A stretch of 64,000 nucleotides of DNA. Origin: a virus. Taxonomy: Duplodnaviria; Caudoviricetes. Location: IMG/VR virus record IMGVR_UViG_3300029305_003192. The stretch is one strand, 5' to 3'. Shown here in pieces: positions 47,771-57,510 of the stretch. The notes below the pieces were generated by a model that was given only the letters and a program-made list of their open reading frames with translations, was not told where the DNA came from and made no database searches. Numbering within the stretch: the first letter of the stretch is position 1; every line of letters starts with the position of its first letter. The translations under genes and the position numbers were made by a program.

Positions 47771-50539
47771 TTATTTACTCTTAATCAAGTCACGCTTGAT
47801 GGAGTTAACTATCTTACGGAGACCAGATACATACTGGGCAAAGTTCTTAACATCCTGACGGGATATATGATCGTTATCGCCCACAAGCTTACCGAGTCGT
47901 ACATTGAGCTTTCTGCAGTTATCGTTAAGAAGCTTCTTACCAGCTGCTACGGTCTTATTGAATTCCTTAGTATCTTCCTTAGTCTTATCGCCAGATTCGT
48001 ACTTAGAATAAGCTGAGATAATAGCGTTAGCGGCTTCATTGAACTTAGTGCTCTCATTCTTGATTACTTCAAGATACTTATCACAATCTTCGACTGTAGT
48101 AAGCTGTCTTCTGAGAGTTGGTTCGGTATGAGCAAGTAATTTCTCAACCTCCGTAGAATCCTTGGACTTATTAAATACTGCCGATTCGTTAGCTATGGAT
48201 TCTTTGGCAGAGCTCGATTTCCGGTCGCGCTTACCTATAAACTGAATACCGTATAAGTATCCATCAAATCCCATATCGACCAAATCTATCTGGTACTCAT
48301 TCTGTATATCTAGACTGGATAATGCTTCGCTCAATGCTTCACGAAGAGGTTTAAATCTAGGAGTGTTTTCAACCATCGATAATTTAACATTGTTAGTGGA
48401 TATGATAGGTATAACACGATATTTCTTAGCATAAGAAATATCGACAGATTTTACGACCAAATTTACTGATTGTAGGCTGCTACGAAAAGTACTCTGCAGT
48501 CTTTCGAACTGAGCGGCAGTGTATAATTTGCGTTTCTTTTCAAGGTTCTTGACCAACCCGTCGATAGTCCGCTTATCCGCATCGCTTACCGCAGCAATAC
48601 ACTTATTGCCAACATCCTTAAATATTGCCATATCGGAACTATCTGTAATTTCTCCGAGCCTTTTAGCAGTGTTTATGATACCATTTCTATTCTGCTTAGC
48701 ATCTACTGCATCTATAATATATGCAACGGCTTGATCTCCTGGAAGCCCATGGTGCATGACCCTTGCTACTTTCCTAGCGGTAGCACCCTCCATAGCCGCA
48801 GCTTCCTTGGCTTCCTGAATATTGTCGGTCATAGTGCCCTTGTCAACAGGTTTAACGTCTTCGGTGTGCTTTTCGTCGATATCTTTGACATCGTCGCGGA
48901 GTGTCATATAGAGCCAGTTATTCTTCTTATCATATGTCTTGAATCCATATGTCTTGAAGATACCAATGGCTTTCTTATTATCGATATGAACCTTGAGGTC
49001 TGTAGCATGGAACTTTCTTACAGCTACATCAAGAAGCTGGAATGAGAGCTTCTTACCTCTGAACTTCTTAACTACCTCAAGTGTGTCAATCCATACCTTA
49101 TCAGAACGGATATCGATTGAGATAAATGCAGCAAGCTCTTTCTGCCAGAAGTACATACACCCTCTGAGCTTCTCCGCATTCTTATCAACCTTCTTAAGCT
49201 GGTCATATTCATCCTGATATTTCTTAAGCGCATCGTCGTTCATATGAACGCAATACATAGACTTCAGTGAGATTGGTTCTTCCGGATCTTCCTGATAGTC
49301 TCTTCTGAGATTAGTAGCGATTGATTCGAAAGCCGGGTCAACATGGTTGTCGTCAGACATTTCGAATAATCCTTCAAATAAATCGTTCATTGTTTCATCC
49401 CCTCCTGCGGCAGATTCTTTAGCATCTGATATGGCTTTAGCACCTTTAATATGAAAATCTACAGTAATACGACGGCTCTCGTAGCTATCGAGTGTATCCA
49501 CATCCATTTTGATCGATTTACCACTGTTGGATTTTTGTATCTTGTATAACTCTTCCAATATTTCATCTTCAATCGGTTCACTTAACTTATAAAATGTATC
49601 GAAGTATTCGTCATCCCTCTGATCACCGGATGCGTACCACGCTACAATACTAATTGTGTAGTGGCCGAGAACATCCTCTCGATATTTAGAATACCACGTA
49701 ATATTATTTACAATGGGTAATTTACCATCAAATGATAAATTATCAGCATAATCAAACTCGTAGTCTTTTGGAAGCTTCGACTTATACTTAGATACTACAC
49801 GATGTACCATCGACATTATCTTTGGGTATATCGGTTTTATACCTTCACACAGATCCTTCTCATAGAGTGCTTTCTCAGCATCTTCCAACTTACTTAGGTT
49901 TTCGTCCTTCCTCTTCTGCTGTCGCTCTTCTTTAGTGGAAAATATGCGGTCAATGGCTTTATCGAAGAGCCCCTCCATAGCAACACTTTCTTTAGCGGCT
50001 TTGGATTTCTTATATTTGAGCACGTAAATATACTTACCTACTTCCATACTATCCATCTCGCAATTTGGATATTTCTTCTCAAGTTCACCCTTTATCAACT
50101 TATAGAAGTCGTATCCATAATTGGTAAGTCCGCCACTTACATTAGTTATATCGGATGTTGCGGTAACAACTGGAGCCCAGTGTTCATCACGCATCTTATC
50201 GTCGCTAATAGACGCATTGAAATCGAAATTAGCAATATTGCTCTTTAGAATTTTATCGTTCTTACCCAGCTTAACGATACCCTTGTTTAATCGGTCCTTT
50301 ACAATATCTGGAGCCATTGATTTAAACTTAGACCTGCACCATTTAGCAGCCTCTTTGAGCTCTCTAAGCTCATCATTGGTAAGCTGACCAGCCTTATCGG
50401 CATCAATTGTATGTACCACGTGAGCAATGCCGGCTCCACCGACTCTTGCCACTGTAGTAGCAGCCATCATTTCTAAACCTTCGGTAGCTGGTTCAATGTA
50501 TATGTCAAATAACTCGTCAAGAGACGAATAATCGTTCAT
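47771..50539 (-). CDS. Multidomain probable internal head polyprotein containing a GNAT domain
   Basis: Repeated AKES..AME/ANE linkers; LEV.KKFRGKKLS...N.KAI.IF..YGF GNAT motifs; GACA-N6-TA at 50576. Confidence 0.65.
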   Translation of the reverse strand: MNDYSSLDELFDIYIEPATEGLEMMAATTVARVGGAGIAHVVHTIDADKAGQLTNDELRELKEAAKWCRSKFKSMAPDIVKDRLNKGIVKLGKNDKILKSNIANFDFNASISDDKMRDEHWAPVVTATSDITNVSGGLTNYGYDFYKLIKGELEKKYPNCEMDSMEVGKYIYVLKYKKSKAAKESVAMEGLFDKAIDRIFSTKEERQQKRKDENLSKLEDAEKALYEKDLCEGIKPIYPKIMSMVHRVVSKYKSKLPKDYEFDYADNLSFDGKLPIVNNITWYSKYREDVLGHYTISIVAWYASGDQRDDEYFDTFYKLSEPIEDEILEELYKIQKSNSGKSIKMDVDTLDSYESRRITVDFHIKGAKAISDAKESAAGGDETMNDLFEGLFEMSDDNHVDPAFESIATNLRRDYQEDPEEPISLKSMYCVHMNDDALKKYQDEYDQLKKVDKNAEKLRGCMYFWQKELAAFISIDIRSDKVWIDTLEVVKKFRGKKLSFQLLDVAVRKFHATDLKVHIDNKKAIGIFKTYGFKTYDKKNNWLYMTLRDDVKDIDEKHTEDVKPVDKGTMTDNIQEAKEAAAMEGATARKVARVMHHGLPGDQAVAYIIDAVDAKQNRNGIINTAKRLGEITDSSDMAIFKDVGNKCIAAVSDADKRTIDGLVKNLEKKRKLYTAAQFERLQSTFRSSLQSVNLVVKSVDISYAKKYRVIPIISTNNVKLSMVENTPRFKPLREALSEALSSLDIQNEYQIDLVDMGFDGYLYGIQFIGKRDRKSSSAKESIANESAVFNKSKDSTEVEKLLAHTEPTLRRQLTTVEDCDKYLEVIKNESTKFNEAANAIISAYSKYESGDKTKEDTKEFNKTVAAGKKLLNDNCRKLNVRLGKLVGDNDHISRQDVKNFAQYVSGLRKIVNSIKRDLIKSK

Positions 50540-50604
50540 TTGGGTTTCACCTCTTCTTTCTAATAGATTATATATTATACAGGTGTCTTAAGGAGGCGAT
50601 AATT

Positions 50605-51663
50605 ATGGATACTTCTATCAAAGAAGAAATCATTCAGCAACTAAGTCAGTTGCCAGTATATAATATCTCATCTAATGGTATTCAGCATACTGTTAGATGC
50701 CCATATTGTGGGGACTCAAACAATCCCACACATGGTCATTTCTCGATTCGAATCGACCCAAATGACCCCCTAGACCCAATGTTATATAGCTGTTTCAAGT
50801 GCCCCTCTTCAGGGATTCTTACAGCTCAGACATTAACGGACCTGGGTCTGGTTATAGATAGCTCCATCTTGTCTGGACTATCAAAGATATCTCAGGCATC
50901 ATCAAGAGTGCATAAGATAACTATGATAAAGACTGAGCAGTTAGAGGTACCGGTTGTCAGTCCAAGTGAAGTAGCACTGAATAATCTTGATTATATTAAC
51001 ACTAGACTCGGTACTAATTATACTGTAACCGAATGTGCTGCTATGGACATTATACTTGACTTACATCAGTTCATGCGACATAATAAGATACAGTCATTGT
51101 ATATGGGTAACCCGATATCGGACGCATTGATTAACTTCATAACGTATCATTACGTAGGCTTCATAAGCAAGAATCGCAATACTATAGCATTCAGATACAA
51201 TGGTATCAATGCAGATAAGTTCGATGAGCAGCCGAAGAGGTGGGTCAAATGTAAAGTCAATCCAAAAAATATGGATACCAACTCATTCTATTCACCACCA
51301 GCTACTATTGACATCTTATATACGCACCCAATCAATATTCATATTGCTGAAGGTCCGATGGATATACTGTCGATAATGCAAAACTGTAGAATCACTGATA
51401 GTGATGATTACTTTTACGCAGTATGTGGATTTGGATATAGTGCGATACTTACTAACATAATCCGTATGGGACTTAATACGGGTCTCAATTTACACATATA
51501 TGCAGACGGTGATAAGACTGATGGTGAGATACTTTACCAACTAAATAAGTCCAAGCTATTAGACTGGGTAGAGCACCTCTATATTCATCGTAATGGTACA
51601 GGTGAGAAGGATTTCGGAGTACCGGCGGACAAAATAAAGAATACCTATAGGAAGGTATTCTAA
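50605..51663 (+). CDS. DNA primase (Zn finger + TOPRIM)
   Basis: CPYCGD...CFKC, IAEGPMD, YADGD, EKDFG. Confidence 0.85.
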   Translation: MDTSIKEEIIQQLSQLPVYNISSNGIQHTVRCPYCGDSNNPTHGHFSIRIDPNDPLDPMLYSCFKCPSSGILTAQTLTDLGLVIDSSILSGLSKISQASSRVHKITMIKTEQLEVPVVSPSEVALNNLDYINTRLGTNYTVTECAAMDIILDLHQFMRHNKIQSLYMGNPISDALINFITYHYVGFISKNRNTIAFRYNGINADKFDEQPKRWVKCKVNPKNMDTNSFYSPPATIDILYTHPINIHIAEGPMDILSIMQNCRITDSDDYFYAVCGFGYSAILTNIIRMGLNTGLNLHIYADGDKTDGEILYQLNKSKLLDWVEHLYIHRNGTGEKDFGVPADKIKNTYRKVF

Positions 51664-51707
51664 ACAGATAATCCCACAAGCCACATGGCTTGTGGGATAT
51701 TTTTTTG

Positions 51708-52283
51708 TTATTCTGTAGCTTCAGCTGGTTCGGTTGTGGTAGTCTCAGTTTCTTCTGGGATAGTTTCTTCACCCTTTTCCTGAGCTTCTGCGTTTGTAGC
51801 TTCTTCAGCAGCCTTAGCAGCTCTTGCTGCAGCTTCTGCTTCTCTCTGCTGTCTTGCAAGTCTCTTTCTTTCGTTCTTGGAGAGACCGTTGGGGATAATA
51901 TTAACAGGAGATGCCTCTGTAGGTGTCTCAACAGCCTTGGATGTATCAACCGGCATATCAGGTGTAAGCTGGGATACGGCCTTAGCAGTACCAGTAACAG
52001 GTGTACCTGTGATGGCGTTATTAAGTGCTTCGCTTGTAAGGTCCTTCTTATCAGGATTGAAGCGGTCGCGGTCATTGAAGTTAGCAGTTGTAAGCTTGAT
52101 AGACTTAACGGACGCCTTATCAACTGGTGTAGGGTATTCCTTTACATTATATCCGCCGTATACGAGCTTCTTAACGAGGTCTTCGCTAAAATATCTCGCA
52201 CTTACGATTGGACCATACATCTTGAGAGGGGCAATCCAATCGATATTGTGTACGGTAATGAGTCTTGTCTTTGTATTAGCCAT
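51708..52283 (-). CDS. Hypothetical late protein with low-complexity Ala/Glu/Thr tail
   Basis: SD AGAAAGGA; downstream of the head-protein gene. Confidence 0.75.
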   Translation of the reverse strand: MANTKTRLITVHNIDWIAPLKMYGPIVSARYFSEDLVKKLVYGGYNVKEYPTPVDKASVKSIKLTTANFNDRDRFNPDKKDLTSEALNNAITGTPVTGTAKAVSQLTPDMPVDTSKAVETPTEASPVNIIPNGLSKNERKRLARQQREAEAAARAAKAAEEATNAEAQEKGEETIPEETETTTTEPAEATE

Positions 52284-52304
52284 GATAATCATTCCTTTCT
52301 TTTA

Positions 52305-53711
52305 TTAACCCTCGTAGCCCGGAGGACATTTCACATATACGCCATATGTCTTAGGGGCAATCTTCTTATCGAGAACCGCTCTACGCAGTTTCTGCAGAGA
52401 TTCCTTGGTAGACTTAATCTTAGCATCGTACTTGTGATAGTCACCATTCTGTCTACAAGAGTCTTCGAAGTAGTTAAGCTGGTCTATCTTATGATAGATA
52501 AGGTCGAGCACATATGCTCTATCATAATGGTTTTCGATTTTGTCAATCTCAATCCATATATCGTCGATTGCGTAATCGGATGGAAGCACAGCTCTCTTTT
52601 TCTTCTTCAAGAAAGCTTCAAGTGCAACTTCATCACTTGTACCATATGCTTCAGCAGAAGCAATCTCGATAGCAGCTGTTCTTGGATTAGAACCTGTGAA
52701 TGTGTAAGACTCCATTGCTGCCTGGAGGGTATACTCACCCTTATCGATATTATCGATTACACTTTCCATAGCAATGAGCTTATTAGTATAGCGGTCCTTA
52801 AGACCATAACCACACTGAGCACAGATGTTGAGGATAGCGAATCTCATAGAGTAGCTTGTAGCACGTGCTGCTCTGTTAATAAGTTCAGCCTGGAGCTGTC
52901 CTCTTCTTCTCATAATATCCTTGATATTGATATTGCACCAGTTGACGTCCACGTGTACTTCATGACGACGAACGTCACTATTTCTAAGCACCGTAGTGCC
53001 GTATCTGGCAATGATCTTATTGATTGCATTGTAATATATCTCCCTGTTAATCTGTGGTGTAGGAATCTCCTCACCACAGCCATTTTCGGAAGTGTAATTA
53101 CAATTGGTTGCTACTGTTGGTGCAGTCGGATTAGCAAGCTCTGAATTGAGTGCAACGTATGCCTGAATACCAGTCATAGCAGTGATGAGTGGAATAGTAT
53201 AGAAGATGCTGACAAGTCTAGCAACATTGGCAGTATGAATCATTGTCAGATACGAGTTAGTTGTCATAAACTCATCAAATACTACATGTAGTGGTATGCC
53301 ATCCATAGTGTAATTGATCTGTGCTTTGATAAGCTCCCATATTTCATCTGGGGTAAAGTTGATAACAGTATTATCAAGCATATTCTTATCGATCTCGATG
53401 ATGATACGACAAATCTTTCCCCACTCAGGGAATATCTTGCCGAAGTTTCTATCAGCGAACTTACGGAGAATTGGAGTCATCTCGGATAATTCTGGATATA
53501 CACTGATACCAGAGAAGCCGTTCTTCGGGTCGATGATTTTGATAGTCACATTATATTTTTTGCTATCATCCTTAGTTGAAGACATCAGGTCCATATACTG
53601 AGCGATATGAAATCCGAGATCGGAGTTAACCGCACATTCATCCAGGTTAGATATAGCATTCTTGATTCTTTCAATTACGCCTGCCATAGAAGCAGAATCC
53701 ATAGTTATCAT
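52305..53711 (-). CDS. Virion structural protein (processed head protein-like)
   Basis: AACA-N6-TA at 53738; AME/ALE motifs; C-terminal YGVYVKCPPGYEG. Confidence 0.65.
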   Translation of the reverse strand: MITMDSASMAGVIERIKNAISNLDECAVNSDLGFHIAQYMDLMSSTKDDSKKYNVTIKIIDPKNGFSGISVYPELSEMTPILRKFADRNFGKIFPEWGKICRIIIEIDKNMLDNTVINFTPDEIWELIKAQINYTMDGIPLHVVFDEFMTTNSYLTMIHTANVARLVSIFYTIPLITAMTGIQAYVALNSELANPTAPTVATNCNYTSENGCGEEIPTPQINREIYYNAINKIIARYGTTVLRNSDVRRHEVHVDVNWCNINIKDIMRRRGQLQAELINRAARATSYSMRFAILNICAQCGYGLKDRYTNKLIAMESVIDNIDKGEYTLQAAMESYTFTGSNPRTAAIEIASAEAYGTSDEVALEAFLKKKKRAVLPSDYAIDDIWIEIDKIENHYDRAYVLDLIYHKIDQLNYFEDSCRQNGDYHKYDAKIKSTKESLQKLRRAVLDKKIAPKTYGVYVKCPPGYEG

Positions 53712-53768
53712 TCCTTTCTATAAGGTATTATAGCGATTACTAAGCTGTTTCGGGAAGGGCTCAAGTTA

Positions 53769-53940
53769 ACAAAAAAAAATGACAGAGGGTTGAGCAACGA
53801 CCCTCTGTCAAAACGGAGAAAATGTAGGAGGACATATCACGGTTGGAAGGCAAAATGATAATTTGTGTTGTAGCGACCCCTAATGTCAATAATCGCATAC
53901 AAGTAGGAGATATTTAATCCAACCGCTAATGTCCCATATA
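53769..53940 (-). ncRNA. Candidate ~170-nt small RNA
   Basis: TATATATTCT promoter-like site; closing stem GGACAT..CGGTTGGA / TCCAACCG..ATGTCC; terminator at 53769-53810. Confidence 0.4.
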
Positions 53941-53955
53941 GAATATATACGCGAA

Positions 53956-54870
53956 TTAGAGGTTCGTGTGAATGGATTCCACAATGCTTTCTATACGTTC
54001 CTTTAGCTTGCTCTCGATTGCATCTACCATGAAGTCTACCAACAATCCTCTCTTACGGAACTCGTCAGTCAATGCACGTTTCATATCATTATATATAGTA
54101 GCCACTGGAGTCGTTTCCCTAGTATAACCACACGTATCGGCAACGCATTGTACGGCAAGTATCGCCGATCTTAATATTGAATCATATGTATCATCATCAC
54201 CGGGCAATTTTAATCCCGTATATTGAAACCTAGATACTATATCCGGTTGAGTCATGACTCTGTTAAATATCCTACCAGCCATGGTACAGCACCTATCAGT
54301 TTCATCATCATACATGAGGGTACCACCCATCCACCAAGGTTTTAATTTATATCCAAATGCAACAGCGACGGAACTATTCAACGACATTCTCATGAATAGT
54401 AACACATCGTTCGATAATGGTGGCACCGAATTGCGTATAGTTTCATCGAATAATTTCTCAACATTCTGTAGGTTGAGGTCTATTCGTGGCTCGTCTACAT
54501 ATACACCGTCATATTCATCGTCGTCATCGATATGATCATTTGATATTGGAGTATTTATTGGTTCGGGGTCACACCCGAAGCGTATCATTAATGGTATGGG
54601 CTCAGAAGTTCTACCATCACAGTAGCTGTCTTTGATTATGAATATTGCACCTTCGTCAAGCGCGCCGGATAATGTTATTCTGCGTGTTATTGTCTCGTGC
54701 GGTTTATTAGTACCCATCCATACAATTGTACCAGTATCCTCATCAGACCCGAAGAACTCATGTATGTTATGTATGATAAGCTGACTCAGGTAGATTTTAA
54801 TCTCGAATTCTTCATCGTAATAAATAGGAGTTTCGTTAATTACAATAGGCTCTGCGTTTGTTTTAATCAT
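53956..54870 (-). CDS. Hypothetical protein
   Basis: 304 aa; SD GGAGG. Confidence 0.8.
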   Translation of the reverse strand: MIKTNAEPIVINETPIYYDEEFEIKIYLSQLIIHNIHEFFGSDEDTGTIVWMGTNKPHETITRRITLSGALDEGAIFIIKDSYCDGRTSEPIPLMIRFGCDPEPINTPISNDHIDDDDEYDGVYVDEPRIDLNLQNVEKLFDETIRNSVPPLSNDVLLFMRMSLNSSVAVAFGYKLKPWWMGGTLMYDDETDRCCTMAGRIFNRVMTQPDIVSRFQYTGLKLPGDDDTYDSILRSAILAVQCVADTCGYTRETTPVATIYNDMKRALTDEFRKRGLLVDFMVDAIESKLKERIESIVESIHTNL

Positions 54871-54898
54871 AGTTAAACCTCCATAAAATAAAGTATAT

Positions 54899-55023
54899 AC
54901 CCCGGAATCCTGTGGACGGATTCCGGGGTTTGATCAAAGGAGATGCTCTTGCCACTTTATGGCATTTTCGCTTTCGGTAAAGTGAAAATCAAGCAGTTAA
55001 TACGATTATGTCAGCTCGTATTT
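54899..55023 (-). ncRNA. Candidate ~125-nt small RNA with exposed anti-SD
   Basis: AACA-N6-TA at 55023-55034; three hairpins, unpaired UCUCCUUU, then hairpin 54900-54928. Confidence 0.45.
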
Positions 55024-55047
55024 ACATACTTGTTACAATTCGATTAT

Positions 55048-56646
55048 TTATATAATGAGCAGGAATGTCTCGAATTCATCGATGATAATATCGATGTCGA
55101 TGTCATCATTACTATGCTCATGAATAGCTGGGTCCATATCGACCCAAGTGAATGACGAATTGATGATAGTGGAAAGTATCTTCCTAATAGGCGAATCCTT
55201 AGGATTCAGCTGTTCGACATATTTGAACTTATTCTTCAGTACATGCTGGAAGTGAGCTGACTGCTCATACTTCTCAGTGAAGCGTCTGTTCTTAATAACG
55301 TTCTCCTTGAAGCGTCCACGTACTGTAGCAGTACATATCTGTGGAAGCAGAACCATTCCCTTATGCTGAAGGAATTTCTTGAGAACGATTGTAAGGTAAA
55401 CTATATCCTTCTTGGTGAGAAGGTTGATAGCAGTTGTATCATGGAAGAAGTTAGAGTAGAACATGTGAAGCAATCTCTGGATGAGAGAATTCAACACGAT
55501 ATTCTCCATATAGAAATCAAACTCTTCCTGTGGTATGTGTATGTTGAAGTTCCTTCTGATATTCTTCATAACCTTCTCGGAACTTGCCTTAGTGACGATA
55601 GGATTGGATTCATTCCTACGATAGATGCTCATTTCAATAGCCTCTGAACGTGAGAGGAAGTCATCATCATCCCTTACCAGGTCTTCAGCAGCAAGCTCAA
55701 CTGGTTTAGATGGGAACTTCTCATTTTTGAATTGCATATAGTTCTTAAGGATGATACCATCGAAATATGATACGATGGACTGCTCATAGTCAATCTTATA
55801 TAAGCTCTTGACAACGATTACTTTGTTGATAAGGTCATCGAGATATGTCTCGATGTTATCACCGTGAATCTGCTGCTTCTTAGCAAGCATTGACCTGTCG
55901 CTACCACATCTCTTAAGAATACGGTATTCTACGAAGTTACAGAGTGCACCGTAGATGGGAATACTACGCTGCTCGAACTTCTTAATGATGTCCATAAAGA
56001 TACTGATGAAGCAAGGAATATAACCGGTCTTCGTAGTAATGGTAGGGCTTACGTTAGTGAAGTGAATACAAGCGGGCATAATGAGTCTAATAGCAAATGA
56101 TATTGCTAAGATAACACTCGCATGCTCGTTTGTAATCTTCGGAGTAGAACGATAGCTACCATTCTTATCAGTATCAATAATTGGAATGTAGAGGTCATCA
56201 ACCATCTTCTGGATATTATCCATGAACTGCTCGGTCATAATTCTTTCGAGAATAAATGCCTTGAGTGATTCAGTGGTGAGGACCGATGTCTTGGTGTCAA
56301 TAATATACTTCAGTGAAAGATATGCCATAACGAATTCCTTGTCAGTATCGTAATACTTGATGAAGTAATTCATATGTGCGAGAATATCAGGCATTCTCTT
56401 TACGAAGTGCTTGAGGATGATATGATATGTACAGAGACTTTCAAGGTACTCTGGGTCAATATCATGGTCATCGAAGAGCTTGTCAAATCTTGCGATTATA
56501 ACATTCTCTTCATGGAAGAAGAATAAATCTTCCTTGTCGGGCTGCCAATAGTGAAGCTTTGGCCAGCCGTGAGGTGTAAACCTCTCTTCTGCAGTAGGTT
56601 CGTATGTATCTACTACTTCCTGCTGCTCGATGTTTTCATTAGCCAT
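55048..56646 (-). CDS. Hypothetical protein, possible sigma-like promoter-specificity subunit of the non-virion RNAP
   Basis: 532-aa helical protein with SD AAGGGAG. The ORF is solid; the function is a guess from size and context. Confidence 0.4.
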   Translation of the reverse strand: MANENIEQQEVVDTYEPTAEERFTPHGWPKLHYWQPDKEDLFFFHEENVIIARFDKLFDDHDIDPEYLESLCTYHIILKHFVKRMPDILAHMNYFIKYYDTDKEFVMAYLSLKYIIDTKTSVLTTESLKAFILERIMTEQFMDNIQKMVDDLYIPIIDTDKNGSYRSTPKITNEHASVILAISFAIRLIMPACIHFTNVSPTITTKTGYIPCFISIFMDIIKKFEQRSIPIYGALCNFVEYRILKRCGSDRSMLAKKQQIHGDNIETYLDDLINKVIVVKSLYKIDYEQSIVSYFDGIILKNYMQFKNEKFPSKPVELAAEDLVRDDDDFLSRSEAIEMSIYRRNESNPIVTKASSEKVMKNIRRNFNIHIPQEEFDFYMENIVLNSLIQRLLHMFYSNFFHDTTAINLLTKKDIVYLTIVLKKFLQHKGMVLLPQICTATVRGRFKENVIKNRRFTEKYEQSAHFQHVLKNKFKYVEQLNPKDSPIRKILSTIINSSFTWVDMDPAIHEHSNDDIDIDIIIDEFETFLLII

Positions 56647-56679
56647 AAGTGCAAACTCCCTTCATTAAAGTCAATGCGA

Positions 56680-57420
56680 TTATATATGCTTTACTTTATT
56701 AACCGAGCCAACTTTGGATACTCGCTGAACACGGGCAACCTTATTCTTATCGGTCGATAATGAGCCGTCTTTAGTAGTCACAACTGTCTCTTTCTTATCA
56801 CTGTGACCCTGACGCTTTTTCTTATCCTTTTCGCTACGTTTTGTACGTACCTGCATTGCCTTCTCAGGACTACGCATATACTGTACAATAGCTTCAACTC
56901 TAGGTACGTTGGTAGATTCTTTAATCTCCGAGAGTACCTGGATAGGATTAAGTTCTGTCAGGTAGAGTGCTGTGAAGTAAAGACTCTTCTCATATTTTAC
57001 GTCTTTCTTAAGCTCTTCCTCCTTCTTTGCTTTATCAGCAGGAGGTTCTAATGTTGCTTTATCGTAAAGCTGTTTAGCCCAAGGAATCAGGAATCCCTTG
57101 CGGTCAAACACCCTCGCATTCATGAATACAAATGATGGGCAGTTTGAATATACTCGGATATCATCTGTACGGAAATCCTTAAATGAACCATTCGCACGAC
57201 CAAACTGGAATTCAACCAGTACGTCATAGTTCATCTTAACCTTTTCGGATGGTATTCTTAAGTGTACAACGATACGGTTCGTTGCCTTAACAGTAAACCA
57301 TCTAGTGGCGATCTTATCTCGGACTTCTTCGTACCTTTTACGGTATTCTTCTTTCGTCTTAGCATCTGCTTTGACTTCTTTCATATACCCATTCAGTGAC
57401 AGTTTGTCCAATGATGTCAA
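56680..57420 (-). CDS. Hypothetical basic protein
   Basis: 246 aa; SD GAAAGGGG; IPSE...YDV..RVYSNCPSF motif; Lys-rich tail. Confidence 0.75.
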   Translation of the reverse strand: MTSLDKLSLNGYMKEVKADAKTKEEYRKRYEEVRDKIATRWFTVKATNRIVVHLRIPSEKVKMNYDVLVEFQFGRANGSFKDFRTDDIRVYSNCPSFVFMNARVFDRKGFLIPWAKQLYDKATLEPPADKAKKEEELKKDVKYEKSLYFTALYLTELNPIQVLSEIKESTNVPRVEAIVQYMRSPEKAMQVRTKRSEKDKKKRQGHSDKKETVVTTKDGSLSTDKNKVARVQRVSKVGSVNKVKHI

Positions 57421-57510
57421 CCCCTTTCATTTGATATAGGTTTAAGTATTATGTCCGTGGGATAATAAAAAGCAAAAAAAATATCAGGGAAGCTAATGCT
57501 TCCCTGATAT

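Noticed and set aside
51690-53144. 484-aa + strand ORF
   Set aside because: Antisense to two well-supported late genes; Ser/Cys/Leu-rich shadow starting inside a terminator.
54943-55155. 70-aa + strand ORF after AAAGGAG
   Set aside because: SD abuts the ATG with no spacer and the ORF runs antisense into the 532-aa gene; better read as anti-SD on the minus strand.
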